Source: Mobula hypostoma (lineage: Eukaryota). From it: 64,000 nucleotides of DNA. Under the pieces are notes generated by a model that did not search any database, had not been told where the DNA came from, and worked only from the letters and a program-made list of their open reading frames with translations. Location: the NCBI RefSeq assembly GCF_963921235.1, contig NC_086107.1, positions 46,314,001 through 46,378,000 of the forward strand, written 5' to 3'. How positions within the stretch are numbered: the stretch's first letter is position 1; the number at the start of each line of letters is the position of its first letter. Shown here piece by piece: positions 1 through 13,437 of this stretch. A program made the position numbers and the translations under genes.

Positions 1-997
1 TGTTAAGGTCACAGTCACTAAAAAGATTCAGGAAGCAAGTTATTTAGTAGCAGAATTTATTGCCCAGAAAGGAAAAGGCACACAGCTGGTGAGAACCTCA
101 TCATGCCAGCACGTAAAATTACAGTGGGTAAAATGCTAGAACATGGTGCAGTATGAGAAATTGAAAAGGCTTCATTCTCAAACAATATGATAAGTTGACA
201 GATTGATGACATGTCACATGATACTGAAGAGGTTTTGTGCAATAAACTGAAAAGCAACAACTTTTCTATCCAGGTTGATATGTCAACAGATTTCACCAAT
301 AAATGTCATGTTGAAGCATTTGGAAGATTTGTAAATGATGGTGAAATTCAAGAAAACTTTCTGTTACAAAGAGCTGCCCGAAACAAGCAAAGGCCAAGAT
401 ATAGTTAATGTTTGGTCTTCATATCTGGAAACAAGAGGTCGGTCTGTCTTGGAGGCACGGTGTTGACATCTGTACTGATGGTGTCCCATCAATAGTTGGC
501 TTCATGAGAGGTTTTGTTTCTTTTGTAAAAAATCAAAATGCTGACATTGTCACAATACACTCCTTTATCCTTGCAAATACATTTTCGTGTTGAAAATAGC
601 ATTAATTAAAATCAATTTGCAAGCTTTATTTAAATTAAATCTACCGAGCCTACTTTTGGAAAAATTTAATCCCATTTTGTCTTAAGCCAGTTCTCTAACA
701 GAAATGTATTATGTTTGCCATACGAGTTTTTAAAATTTATGAGAGGGAAAGAAAGAGATTAATTTCAAGAAAGTTAAGCTAAGCTTAACTACCTGTTTTT
801 TTCAAGACAGATTGGCCAAAAATTCATTCTGTACTCAAAAGAGCATTGACAATTATTTTTGGATTATTATATCCACATCTTACTGATCAAGCTAATGTAT
901 TGTGAGCTGTAGATATAATAGTTTTTACTCAGGGGTTCCCTGAGACATGAAAATTATTTCAAGTATTCCTTCAGGTCAATAAGGTTGAGAAAGGCTG
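1..997 (+). mobile_element. Degenerate hAT (Charlie/Buster, ZBED5/FAM200-like) transposase remnant
   Basis: Frameshifted segments NNFSIQVDMSTDFTNKCHVEAFGRFV and DICTDGVPSIVG...IVTIH match the Charlie-type catalytic region; the 3' end GGTTGAGAAAGGCTG resembles Charlie termini. Confidence 0.8.
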
Positions 998-1212
998 CTA
1001 TATGGTGAATGAGTTTCGCATGTACTGCCCCTCCCCAGGCATTAGCAATCAACTATGGGTTGAAGATTGAATACAAGTCCTTACAAGTTGCTGGCAGATT
1101 GGGTGCTCAACACTATAAAAGTTTACCTTGCACACAGATTCTCAGAATTTTCAACTAAACATATTTGCATGTTTTTAAAGTATTATTCATTTTTTCTCAA
1201 CATGAAATGATA

Positions 1213-1890
1213 TTAGATTAGATTAGATATTAGATTATGAGGACACGCAGTCCTCTTTTATTGTCATTTAGTAATGCATGCATAAAGAAATGATACAATG
1301 TTTTTCCAGAATGATATCACGGAAACACATGACAAACCGACTTAAAAACTGACAAAAACCACATAATTATAACACATAGTTACAACAGTGCAAAGCAATA
1401 CTGTAATTTGATAAGAACAGACCATGGGCACGGTAAAAGTCTCAAAGTCCCTCGAAAGTCCCATCATCTCACGCAGACGGTGAACCTCCAGCGCCGTCAA
1501 CTTGCCGATGCAGCATACTGGAAGCATCCGACCACAGTCCGACTCCGAGTCCGTCTGAAAACTCCAAGCCTCCAACCAGCTCTCCGACACCGAGCACCGA
1601 GCACCATCTCTGCCGAGCACTTTGACCCCGGCCCCGGCAACAGGCAATAGGCAAAGCCAAGGATTTGAGGCCTTCGTCTCCGGAGATTCTCGATCACACA
1701 GTAGCAACGGCAGTGAAGCGGGCATTTCAGAAGTTACTCCAGGTGTTCCTCCATGCTTCTCACTCTGTCTCCATCAAATACGGATTGTGCACAGCCCCCT
1801 GGTTAACACATACGATATCCATTCGGAACGGCTGCGTGCGCTGCGTCGCACCGCCAGCTTCTCTTCCCTCCTTTCCCATTAAATAAATTC
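1213..1890 (-). repeat. Unclassified interspersed repeat with (GATTA)n tail and CpG-rich body
   Basis: Short tandem tail at about 1213-1240, then TTTATTGTCATT and a GC/CpG-rich stretch at 1470-1870; no recognisable protein. Confidence 0.4.
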
Positions 1891-1959
1891 TTTAACTCTT
1901 TTTAAAAATTGTTTGAACAATTATTTATAACTAAATTGAACAGATCAACAGTTCTGTGG

Positions 1960-4146
1960 GTGCAGCACTTATCCTGCGAGACAGAGCTTACGTTGCCAGT
2001 AACCAACAGGAACACAAGAAATGTAGCTACGATCTACGCAAAGTCATCAAGGCAGCAAAACGATAATACAGGGACAAGATCCAGACACAACTCTCCATCA
2101 ATAACACATGCAGCTTATGGTAAGGTCTGCACACCATCGCAGCCTTCAAAGCTAAACACAATGGCCCTGCCAACATCGCTGCCTCTCTCCCAGATGAGCT
2201 AAATCTTTTTTTACACTCAGTTCGATATGGTCAACACTGAGCCCCCGAGGAGAGCAGCCAAAGTGACCTGCATCTTAGTCATCTCTGAGGCTGATGTTGG
2301 TGTTTCCAACAAGTGGCTAGTCGCAAGGCTGCGGGACCGGACGACATCCCAGGGCCAGTACTCATGATGTGCGCGTCACAACTGGCAGGTGTGTTTACAG
2401 ACATTTTCAATCTCTCCCACTCCCAGTGTAGAGTGCCCTCCTGCTTCAAAACATCCAGTGTTGTCCCTGTATCATTGTCACTGTAAAGACCAAGGTAACA
2501 TGTCTGAACATGTTGGCGCCTGGCCAAGTGGTTAAGGTGTTGGTCTAGTGATCTGAAGGTCGCTAGTTCAAGCCTCAGCTGAGGCAGCGTGTTGGGTCCT
2601 TGAGCAAGGCACTTAACCACACATTGCACTGCGACGACACCGGTGCCAAGCTGTATGGGTCCTAGTGCCCTTCCCTTGGACAAAACCAGTGGCATGGAGA
2701 GGGGAGACTTGCAGCATGGGCAACTGCCGGTCTTCTATACAACCTAGCCCAGGCCTGCGCCCTGGAAACCTTCCAAGACGCAAATCCATGGTCTCACGAA
2801 ACTAACGGATGCCTATAACGTCTGAACCACTGGCGTCCTGTCACACTCACCTCAATAATAAGCAATTGCTTTGAGAGGCTGGTCAAGGATTATATCTGTA
2901 GCTTGCTACCACCCAAACTGGATGCTAGACAATTCGCCTACCGATACAACCGATGGACCGATGACACAATAGCCACAGCTCTTCACACCATCCTTACATT
3001 CCTGGAGAAGAGGGATGCTTATGTGAGGATGCTGTTCTTGGGACAATTCAGCACTCAGCACCATAATTCCCTCTCGGCTTGACAAGAAGAACCTCGGCCA
3101 TCACCCCAGCCTGTGTAGCTGGATCCTGGGCTTCCTGTCGGATTGCCGGCAATTTGTAAGAGTGGGCTCCTTCACCGCTGCCACTCTGTCCCTAAACACT
3201 GGTGCCCCTCAGGGCTGTGTCCTCAGCCCCCTCCTTTACTCTCTCTATACCCATGACTGTGTCGCCACCCACAGCTCCAATCTGCTAATTAAATTTGTTG
3301 ACAGCACTACATTGATTGCCCTTATCTTAAATAATATTGAGGCAGCCTACAGAGCAGAAGTCATCACCCTGACCCATGGTGGTGTCAAGGAAACAACTTC
3401 TCCCTCAATGTTGCAAAAACAAAGGACTTGGTTGTGGACTACAGGAGAAATGGAGACAGACCAGCTCTTATTGACATCAATGGATCTGGGGTTGAAAAGG
3501 TGAACAGCGTCAAGTTCCTTGGCATACGGATCACTGAGGATCTCACGTGGTCTGTACATACTGGCTGTGTGGTGAAAAAAAAGCACAGCAGCACCTCTTT
3601 CACCTCAGATAGTTGAAGCAGTTTGGGATGAGTTCCCAAATCCTAAAAACTTTCTACAGGGGCACGACTGAGAGCATCCTGACTGGCTGCATCACTGCCT
3701 AGTATGGGAACTGTACTTCCCTCAGTCAAAGGACTCTGCAGAGAGTGGTGCGGACAGCCCAGCACATCTGTAGTTGTGAACTTACCACTATTCAGGACAT
3801 TTACAGAGACAGGTGTGTAAAAAGGGCCCGAAGGATTATTGGGGACCTGAGTCACCCCAACCACAAACTGTTCCAGCTGTTACCATCTGGGAAATGGGAC
3901 CGCAGCGTAAAAGCCAGGATCAACAGGCTCCAGGATATCTTCTTCCACTAGGCCATCAGACCGATTAATTTGCGCTGATGCAATTTTATTTCTATGCTAT
4001 ATTGACTGTCCTGTTGTATATACTATTTATTACAATTACTATAAATTGCACAATCAGTCGAGATGTAATGTAAAGATTTTTACTCCTCATGTATGTGAAG
4101 GGTGTAAGAAATTAAGTCAGTTCAATTCATTTCAAATTCAATTCAG
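1960..4146 (+). mobile_element. Rex1/Babar-like LINE reverse transcriptase remnant, 5'-truncated and interrupted by a SINE
   Basis: RT motifs QFAYR and GAPQGCVLSPLLYSLYTHDCVA...LIKF.D; 3' tail of (CAATT)n. Confidence 0.8.
2511..2815 (+). mobile_element. tRNA-derived SINE with RTE-type 3' tail
   Basis: A-box-like TGGCCAAGTGG and B-box-like GTTCAAGCC; the tail at 2784-2813 matches the RTE 3' end at 28696-28725 (28/30); imperfect TSD TAAC(AT)GTCTGAAC. Confidence 0.8.
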
Positions 4147-4149
4147 ATT

Positions 4150-4650
4150 TCAATGTTGTCACACTGGCATTTGAGAGGGTCCAGAAGGGCGCTCATGAGA
4201 ATAATCTAGAAATGAAAGGGTTAACATGTATGGAGCATTTGATAGCTCTGGGCTGTACTCTGGAATTTAGAGGAATGAGGAGGGATCTCATTTAAACCTA
4301 ATGAATATTGAAAGATCTGGATAAAGTTAATGTGGAGAGGATGTTTCTTATGTTGGTGGAGTCTAGAACCAAAGGGTACAGCCTCAGAATTGTGGGATAC
4401 CCAGTTAGAACAAAGCTGAGGAAACATTTCTTTAGCCAGAGGTTAGTGAATCTTTGAAATTCATTAGCACAGACGGCAGTGCAGGCCAAGTCGTTGGGTA
4501 TATTTAAGGCAGACATTGATGGGTTCTTGATTAATCAGGGTGTCAAAGGTTATGGGAGAAGGCAGGACAATGGGGTTGAGAGGGATAGTAAATCAGCCAC
4601 GATGGAATGGCAGAGAAGACTTAGTGGGTTGAATGGCCTAATTCTGCTTC
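4150..4650 (+). mobile_element. CR1 LINE 3' fragment
   Basis: Resembles CR1 ORF2 C-terminus (LGLYSLEFR, ...FFSQRLVNL) followed by a CR1-like 3' UTR. Confidence 0.7.
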
Positions 4651-4664
4651 TATGTTACACAATA

Positions 4665-5300
4665 TAGCATGCTTTAAAGCATGGTGTTCTGACAATAACC
4701 TTTTCATCAATGTCAGTAAAACAAAAGAGCTGGTCACTGACTTCAGGATGGAGGGTGGTACACATGCTCCTGTTTACTTCGATGGTGCTGATGTTGAGAG
4801 CATGTCCTGGTCCAACCATGTAGATGCCATGGCCAAAGAAGCTCACAAAGGCCTCTACTTCCTTTGGAGACTGAAGAAAATTGGCTTGTCCCTGCTGACT
4901 AATTTTTATCAATGTTCAATAGGAGGCATCCTATCTGGATGCATCACAGCTTGATACGGCATCTGCTCTACCTATGAACGTGAAAAACTGCAGAGAGGTG
5001 TCAACGTAGCTTAATAATCAAGCAAATCTGCCTGCTCTCCTTGGACTCAATCTATACTTCTCACTGCCTCAGTATAGCAGCCAGCATTATCCTACCACCC
5101 CGGACAATCTCTCTTCTCCCCTTCCCATCTGGCAAAAGATACAAAAACCTAAGAACATGCAGCAGCAGGTTCAAGGACAACTTCTAGCCTGCTGTTAAAA
5201 ACTTATAAACAGTTTGATAGAAAAACAAAATGGACTGTTGACCTGTACAACCTCACTATGATCCTGCACATTATTATCAAACTTCACTGCACTATCTTTT
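4665..5300 (+). mobile_element. Rex/L2-like LINE 3' fragment
   Basis: WCSDNNLFINVSKTKELV.DFR and LYFLWRLKK motifs. Confidence 0.7.
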
Positions 5301-5789
5301 TAGCTCTTGCACTTTATTCTGCATTTCCATTTTGGAACGGCACACTTTCAAGGTCAGCTGTTAATACATAATCTGACTGTAGGAAGGACTATTGATCTTT
5401 GCTCCAATTGCAGATATAAAACAATTACATTACTTTCCAAATTGGCATTGCCTGGGTTAACAGAAAAACAGCTTGAGCAGTGTGAAGAGCCAAGGGGTGA
5501 TAATTTTTAAGAGTAACAAGTATTTGGCTTGCATTCATTCTGAATCAGAAGAAATTATAATGTGTAGAGTGTCATATCTTAATTGATCATGAGTCATAGA
5601 GATCTTCTGCTGCACTGAGCTGGACTTATTTAGTCATGTTATGGTCTCACTTTTGTGTTGTCAAAATGGTGGAGGCAACCTGCAAAACATGAAATTGTTG
5701 AACCAGCTTTTCAGAAATGCATTATCATATCTATTCTTGAAGTGTGTTGTCGATATTATATCCGATAAATCTTTCTTTTATTAATACAG

Positions 5790-5879
5790 GGCTGGAATCA
5801 AATGAAGCCATGGCAAATGTTGAAAAAGATGAAAAGGACAAAGAGAAGCTGAACAATGAAAGTGCAGAGGAAAGTGAAG
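5790..5879 (+). pseudogene. Exon copy with lost donor site (GLESNEAMANVEKDEKDKEKLNNESAEESE)
   Basis: Acceptor TTTCTTTTATTAATACAG; paralogous to 6896-6985, but the donor position reads ATAATA instead of GTAATA. Confidence 0.5.
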
Positions 5880-6895
5880 ATAATACGTTTATTGGGTTAC
5901 CCTGGGATTCATTGAAACCCTTGTGAAATTTTCTTGTTATCCAGGATCTGTAGGTTGCATGTTATTAACACTTCGGTAATTTAGGTGGATGATACCAGCA
6001 TCTTTCAATAACCATCACAACCAGGGGCAGGTTAGAATTTTCAATATTCTCTGCAGCTATTGTGGATCCATGTTAGCTATGACCATTATAGATCAGAAAT
6101 GTGAATCTAAGTAACAGGCAAGTATTTGAAAACACAAAAGTAATCAAACTGCTGAAAAAAAGCTGCAGCTTCTATTTTCCAGTTTCCTTCATTTTTGAAG
6201 CAGACTGGGAATTAAATGCAGATTTTTCAATTTGACCTGCAATCTCTACATCCGCAAAAAAACTCCTGCAGAAATGCCTGCATTATTCAATTATCTGCAT
6301 GAGTTAATGGAACAAAAGTTTAATTTTCCTACAGACTTTGAGGTTGCAAATTTACTCACAGCCCTGAACTTCATGGAGTTAGTGTCACCAGCAATACCTG
6401 ACAAAATCATGCCCTATTGCCCCAAATTCAAAAACCTGTGGACTTCTTGTTTTGGAATGCTATGTTTTCAAGTTCAGTTCCTGCTGCATGATGTGGCTGT
6501 ATGAATTTCTCTTGGTCCTTGCTACAAGTACAGATACAAAACAATTATATAATTTTTCCAATTTAGCATTGCCCAGGTTGACAGAAACATATTTTGCCCA
6601 GCCTGAGCAGCCTTAGGATGATAATTTTGAAGAGTAACCAACATTTGGCTTCCATGAATCTGATTTAGAAGAAAAGTTAATGTGCTGAGTGCCTTGTTTA
6701 ATACGATTTGAGTTACGGGAAATTTCTGCAGCACTGAGATGAGTTAATTAGTCAAGTTAATTTTCACTTCAGAGTTGTCAAAATTGTGGAGGTGAAACTA
6801 CCAAATCAACATTTCAGAATGTGTTACCGTATCTTTTCTTAAACTACGTTGTTGGGTATTTTATATCTGAGGGATCTTACATTTTGTCAATACAG

Positions 6896-6985
6896 GACCA
6901 GAATCAAATAAAACTGGAGCAAATGGTGAAAAAGATGAAATGGCCAAAGAGAGGCAGAGTTATGAACGTGCACAACAATGTCAAG
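6896..6985 (+). CDS. Putative phase 1-1 internal exon of an upstream gene (GPESNKTGANGEKDEMAKERQSYERAQQCQ)
   Basis: Acceptor TTTTGTCAATACAG, donor G|GTAATA, 90 nt, open frame, purine-rich and hydrophilic. Confidence 0.55.
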
Positions 6986-7598
6986 GTAATATATTTGTTG
7001 AATCACACTGTGATTTCTTGAAACCCTAATGAGATTTTATTGTCATCATGCACATGGTTAGCATCTAGTGAAAGATATATCTGTGTCTTCATTTTGCCAT
7101 CACAACAGGGTAATGTTGAAATATTTAAATTTCTCACTTGTAAGTCAGTGTCCAAGTCAGTTGATACTACTGTAGATCACGATTTGAAACCTGATTAAAA
7201 GGCAAGTAATTAAAGACACAAACAGAATGAAACTACGTGAAAGGTGCAGATATTTCTTTTTCGCAATTTCCAATCTTTGGATCAAGACAGATTGAGAATT
7301 AATTGTGCTTCAGGTAATGCGATCTGCAAGTTCTAAATCCACGAAATACTCCTGCAGATAAAGGCTGCATCATTCAGTGACTGGAGAGAGCGGATCTAAC
7401 ACAGTTGCAGCTTTACGCTCAACCCTGGGCATCATGAATGGAAACAGTTAGTGTCAGCAAAATCATTCTAAACTTCCTCAAATGAAAAGATCTGTGGGCT
7501 TTTATTTTGAAACTCCACACTTGCAGTTTCAGTCATCATTGCTTGATGTTTCGGTATTAAGAGCTATTGGTCTAGAACCTTGAATTAGATTCTGAGGA

Positions 7599-8721
7599 TG
7601 TCATAGTCCATGAAGTCCGCATTCCGGTTCATGGTCCGGTCCATGGACTCAGGACTCCGGGTCTTCCAGCTGTCCCTTGTTTGAGTTAATCATAGGCACC
7701 TGATTCCCAGCTTTGGGCTTGCAATATAAGTAGCCTTGGGATTGAGTGTGGGCTACTGGTTTGTCTTGTCAGTCCCCCTTGGAGCAACCTGCTGATGGAA
7801 GGCTAGTGAAACCATTTGTGATCTCTAGGCCTGATTGGAGGACCACTGCTTCATGGAGCCATGTTGCCACTTGTTGGAGTGGTCTTTGTGGTATGGATTT
7901 GGCTGTTTCCTGGGCCAGCTGAGTGGCTGTCAGCCACTCTGAGCTAGGTAGGGATCTGGCTGTTTCTGTAGCCAGCTGAGGTTGCTGGCTGAACTGAGAC
8001 TCGGAGCTTCCCCGGAGCAAAGATGGAACTGTCTGTTGCTCTTTGGTGTTTGTCTCTTCTTGTCCTTGCCTCTGTGGGGTAAGTCAGGCTGTTTTGCTGT
8101 TGCCCTGTGGGGGGGGGGGGGGGTCTTGTCTTGTCCTGTCCTGTCCTTGCCTCTGTTGGGTAAGTCTGGCTGTTCTGCTGTTACCTGATGGAGAGACCTG
8201 TCCCACCTTTGTGTGGAGATGAAGTTGAGTCCTGGCTTGTCTTAGGATAAGTCCTGGCTCTATGTTTATATTCTGTCCTGTCCTGTCTCATGTTAGTGTT
8301 GTGTTAAAGATGAGTCCTGGCTTGTTGAAGGATAAGTCCTGGCTCCATGTTGATGTTTGGTTCCCAGTCTGTCTCTATGCTCCAGGCCTCGAGGGTCCCG
8401 CAGATGCGCTCCAGGCTCAGGCCTCCAGATCCCAGCCATGTCCTGTCCTGAAGCCATGTCATGTCCTTGTCTGGTTCTGGGGTCTGAGCCTGAGGCAGGA
8501 CCCATGTTCTGGGTCCTTGACCAGTCTCAGGCTCGGAGTCCAAGCCTTGTCTCCTAGTCCATGGTTCCTAGTCCTGGTCCTGCCTTCCCTAGCCCAAGTC
8601 TGCATTCTTGTCCCTGCTCCTTGCCTGTATCCTGTCATGTCCCTACTCTAGTCAAGTCCTGTTCCTTGTACTTCAGTGTCTGTGTCTTGCATTTGGGTCT
8701 GTTCCTGCACCCCATGTGACA
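7599..8721 (+). mobile_element. Solo LTR (TG...CA) with 5-bp TSD
   Basis: Starts TGTCATAG, ends TGTGACA, and is flanked by GAGGA at 7594-7598 and 8722-8726; contains internal pyrimidine-rich short repeats. Confidence 0.8.
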
Positions 8722-9779
8722 GAGGAGTGTAAATTAAAGGACAAAGGTTTGATTGAATACATGTGATAAACTGAAATGTAGCATTGCAGCAAAATATAAT
8801 AAATAAACTCTCAATTTTGTCAGGTCTTTATTAAGTTTGGTGTCTGCATTCAAGTTCATGTTGCCATTCTGGTTCTGCTGAGTGTGAACTGTCACAAAGC
8901 CTAGTGACCACATCTAATGCCTGTCCTCCCATTGCTCAAACCACTGATATAACATACTGCATGCACAGGGTTGTCATTTGACACTTTTTGCTCATGGACA
9001 TTCAGGCTGTTGAGTCTATTCCTCCTCTTCTCATGGTCTTATAAACAAATTATTTTGAGAAACTTATCCAAAGACCTCTTGAAAAATGCAATTGGAACTA
9101 CTTCTATCAGATTCTCTTGCATCTTCCTTGTTTCAAAGGAAAACTACATGAGCTTCTCCAATCTACCTTCATAGCTAAAGTCCCTCAGCCTTGAAAAATC
9201 TTAGTAAATCATTTCTGCACCCTCCTTAAAAGATCAAACTGATAAATAAGACTTGTTGACATTCTTGTGGCTCAAGTTATCTGGATTTTGGAACTCTGAT
9301 TAATTGAAATCCCTCTCTGCAGTACACTTAGAACCTGAGGCAGTGCCTTTCTGTCTGAGTTTACCAGAGGTATCATGTGTAACAGATACAAGTAAATCCT
9401 GACCCGGATCTGGGCCGTACCCTCCAAACATCCAGATCTGCCTCTCAGTTTTTTTGCACTACCTTACTTTCCATTTTCTATTTTCTATTTATGATTTATA
9501 ATTTAAATATTTAATATTTACTATCGATTTGTACTCCAGGGAGTGTGAAGTGCAGAATTAAATATTGCTGTGATTGTACATTCTAGTATCAATTGCTTGG
9601 TGACAATAAAGTATAAAGTAAAGACATTGTATGTTTTCTTTTGTGTGACAACCAGAATTGGGCAGTATATTCTACCTGCTGCCGTAACTACATGTTACAA
9701 AGATCCATCATTTTATTTCTGCATTTTGTGCCTCAAATAGCCAGGATCACAGATGCCTTTAATGAATTTCTCAACTCTT

Positions 9780-11890
9780 GCCCTCAACGCTTTATAATTG
9801 ACATGGAGAAATTAGTTTGCCATCATATTCGATCTGTTATTGAGTGCACATCACTTCAAACTTTGAATCTTTTATATTGTATTTTCCCTTGCATTTTAAG
9901 ATTTCTACTGTTGGATAATGACAAGGAGGAATCTTTGGATTGTTGAAGTTAATCTCAGTAATTATAATTTCATGCAACATTTCCATACAATCCAGCCATT
10001 TCTTTTGAGTGAGAAGCTGCAAAGGATGGGTGTAGACAAATCCACTATCTCCTGGATTACTGACTACCTGACAGATAGACCCCTGTTTGTACAGCTAGGT
10101 AGTTCTCAGTCTGAGATGGTGATGAGGGGCACTGGAGCACCACAAGGGACTGTCATGTCTTTGTTTCTGTTCACATTGTACACCTCAGATTTTCAGTACC
10201 AATTTGAGTCTTGTCACTTGCAGAGGTTCATTAGTGACTCTGCGGTGGTTTGGTGTAACAGAGCTGGGCAGAAGTCAGAGTATAGAGGACTGGGGAACAA
10301 GTTTGTGGAGTGGTGCAGGAGGAATCACCTGCTCCTGAATGTAGCCGAAATCAGGTAGATGGTGTTTGATTTTTGAGGAAGAGGACTGTGACAAGTCCTG
10401 TATACTGTCATTGTCGTCGTGGTTATCCCTCAAGGTTGAGGATGACGATCTTTATTCTGTTGATCTACTTATGGGCTCTCAAGTGGCTTATGAGTCCAAT
10501 CTTGGCTTTGAAAGTTCTTCCCCATTCAGGACAGGTAGTTCCAGATGGCAGATCGGGCTTTAGTTGTTGCTGCCTCTTTCCATTTTCTTCTCTCCAAATT
10601 CTGCACATCTGTTGGCTTCGAAAGTTGCTGTTCCTTCTCAGATGGCTTGCCAGAATTTCCTGTCCTTGGCAGTGGTTTCTCAATTGTTGATGTCAATGTT
10701 ATATTTCTTCATGTTGGCTTTTAAGGTGTCTTTGAATCTCTTCTGTTGCCTGTCTCTTTTACGTTTGCCGCCTTTAAGCTGGGAGTAGAAGATTTGTTTC
10801 GGCAGACGTTCATCTCTCATCCGGACAACATGACCACTTCATCTTAGCTGGTTCTCGATGGAGGCTTCAATGCTTGTTGTTTTTGCTTCATTTGGCACAC
10901 TGATGTTGGTTCTTCTATCTTCCCAGCTGATAATTAAGATGTTTCGAAGACAGGGTTGATGGAACTTTTCAAGTGCCTTCAGATGTTGGTATGTTGTCCA
11001 AGTTTCTGATGCATACAGGAGCATTGGGATTACCACTGCTTTGTACACTAACATTTTGGTGTCTGTTCGGATGTCACGATCTTGAAAGACTCTTGTTCGG
11101 AGACGTCCAAAAGCTGTTCCAGTGCATTAAAGACGATGTTAGATCTCGTCATTAAGGTTGACATTGGAGGAGAGGTATACTGTACATTCTGGAAGAAGTT
11201 GTGGTGGAGGAATACAAATTCTTGGGTGTTCACCTCAACAACAGACTTGGCTGGAAAACCAACTCAAGGGCTGTTTACAAGAAGGGGATGAGCAGACTCT
11301 ATTTTCTAAGAAAGCTGAGATCCTCCAATGTGTGCAGCAGGATGTTGGAGATCTTTTACCAGTCTGTTGTAGCGAGTGCAGTCTTCTTGATGCTTTATAT
11401 TGGCGAAGCAGCATCGGTGCTGGTGATGCAAAAAGACTAAATAAACACATCACAAAGGCTGGATTCATCCTTGGCTACAAGCTGGACTCTTTTGAGTTTG
11501 TGGTGGAAAGGAGGTCGCTAAGCAAACTGTTATCTATTATGGACAACAGGCACATCCTCCTCCATGACCTACTGAATAAGCAGTGAAGCACCCTTTTGAA
11601 CAGGCTCATTCAGTTCTGCTGTCACAAAGATTATCACAGAAAATTGTTCCTACCAAATGCAATAAGCATATTCAACAGTTCACTTCAGTGAGATGGGAGC
11701 ACACATCATAGTACAAAAGTCTTTGTTTTATTATTTCATACATTATCATTGCACATATTGATACATTTTTGTGTATATTATTCTGTACTTTATTATTAAT
11801 ATTATATTTATTATTGTGTGTTTTTAGATGCTGCTGTAACAATTTCCCATTTGGGATCAATAAAGCAATTATTATAATATTATTAATTAT
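9780..11890 (+). mobile_element. Rex/Babar-like LINE fragments split by an RTE insertion
   Basis: GTGAPQGTV.S.FLFTLYTSDFQY, then YKFLGVHLNNRLGW and LYFLRKLRS resuming at about 11190. Confidence 0.75.
10425..11070 (-). mobile_element. RTE LINE 3' fragment
   Basis: VYKAVVIPMLLYASETWT...FHQ.CLRNIL.ISWEDR and C-terminal IGLISHLRAH. Confidence 0.8.
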
Positions 11891-13408
11891 TATTAACCTT
11901 AAAACAATTCAACCAGATTATTCTTGCATATCTAATCAATCAAGTTTCTAATTGGACTGAAATCAGGATATCTTTTACATCCTTTTGAATGATTGCTCAC
12001 TTTTTTACTGAAGTGGTTTGAGATACAGTATTTGACTGATTCTCAAGAGGAATTGTTTGACCATTCTCTTTTCTGCTGTCACATATTATTCCATAATTAT
12101 GCATTTTCTGTAGAGCAAAGAGTAGCCACTCTTTTAGTCCATGAATGAACCTTGAATGTATTCTGGTTTGTAAAACTAGTTTTAAAAAAAAAAAGTGGAA
12201 TGATTCAAAAAGATTTACTGTTCAACATTCACATTTGGGTCACCTGTTCTTTTGATGTGATTTCACACTTTTGGAGCATTGTGCAGAGCTGCAGTTTTTT
12301 AAACTTTAGTGTTGTATATTTAATCATAGATATTAATCTCTAGAGTTTGCTCTGTAATAACTGGAATAACTCAAGATGCATATGAATTAGAAAAAGGTTA
12401 AGACCATTCAATATTTCAAGTTTATTTCATGAAATAAGATCACATTTATAACATTAACTCTCCCATCTCATTTATCCAGGGTAATATTTTACCCTCGCCA
12501 ACAATCTAACAATGAGATCCAATGCAAGATCAAGACATATCAGTCTTTCACACTTCAAGTTGAATTTTATAACATTAGATAACATTAGATTCTTCCTATC
12601 TATAACAAACCACTTCAGGCTGCCATTCTTTTTCCTTTTCCTCTGAGTAGATAACTTGCTACAAGCCAAGGTACCTTATCTCACATGCGTTCACTCTGGC
12701 AGAGAAATTTCACTCCTATATTGCCACTACCTCAACTATTTCTCTCTCTCTCTCAGGTTTGATGATTGGTTACTGGTCTGAAACATTAACAATTCTTATT
12801 TTCACTGATACTGTCTCACCTACTTAGTTCATACAACATTTTACATTCTTCTGTTTTTATGTTGGCTTTCTTTTCCTCATTGTACTCATATACCTGGCCT
12901 GCTGGGCAGGACCCACCATCTTACCATTACAGCTCATTGTATCAACCAAAAAGTTTCCTGTACTGGAAACTACTGTTACTAAGCCATTTCAACTCCAACT
13001 ATCACAGACGTTCCCTTTCTTCCACATATCCCACCCCACCTACTGAAGGCTAACTTGCTTTTCTGTTTCTCAGTTCTGATGAAAGGTCACGGACCCAAAA
13101 CATTGAGAAGCACAGCCTAACCTGAGTTATTTCAGCATTTTTGATTTTGTTCCCAACATTCACTGGCCTCCGAGGGGAAAAAAGCCCTCACCTTTGTTAA
13201 ATAGGTAACCCATTTAACTTTATTAAATGGATTTCCTCTAATTCCATTTTAATGGATCATTAAATGATCAGAAAGCTCATGCTAGATAGATGAAAAAGCA
13301 CTAGAAGCAAAAACTGTTTATTTAAATTGAAGGACGCAATGACATATAATGATTTAAATAAATAAATAAATAAATTACCATTTTATAATTTCAATATTAC
13401 TTTTTCAG

Positions 13409-13437
13409 GCATAGACTTCACCTTTAAGGAGCAATGA
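13409..13437 (+). CDS. Possible terminal exon (GIDFTFKEQ*) of the upstream gene
   Basis: Acceptor ATTACTTTTTCAG, phase-1 frame ending in TGA, followed by AT-rich UTR-like sequence; no homology support. Confidence 0.25.

Larger units (their letters stand above)
5390..7590 (+). repeat. Diverged tandem duplication, unit about 1.1 kb, containing a 90-nt exon
   Basis: 5390-6500 aligns by eye with 6520-7590 over several blocks (for example 5400-5760 vs 6520-6870, and 5940-6330 vs 7040-7400). Confidence 0.8.

Noticed and set aside
2511-2590. tRNA gene
   Set aside because: The A/B boxes belong to a SINE head followed by a body and LINE tail; there is no convincing cloverleaf.
8262-8651. Overlapping ORFs of 66-129 aa
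   Set aside because: They arise from low-complexity repeats inside the solo LTR.
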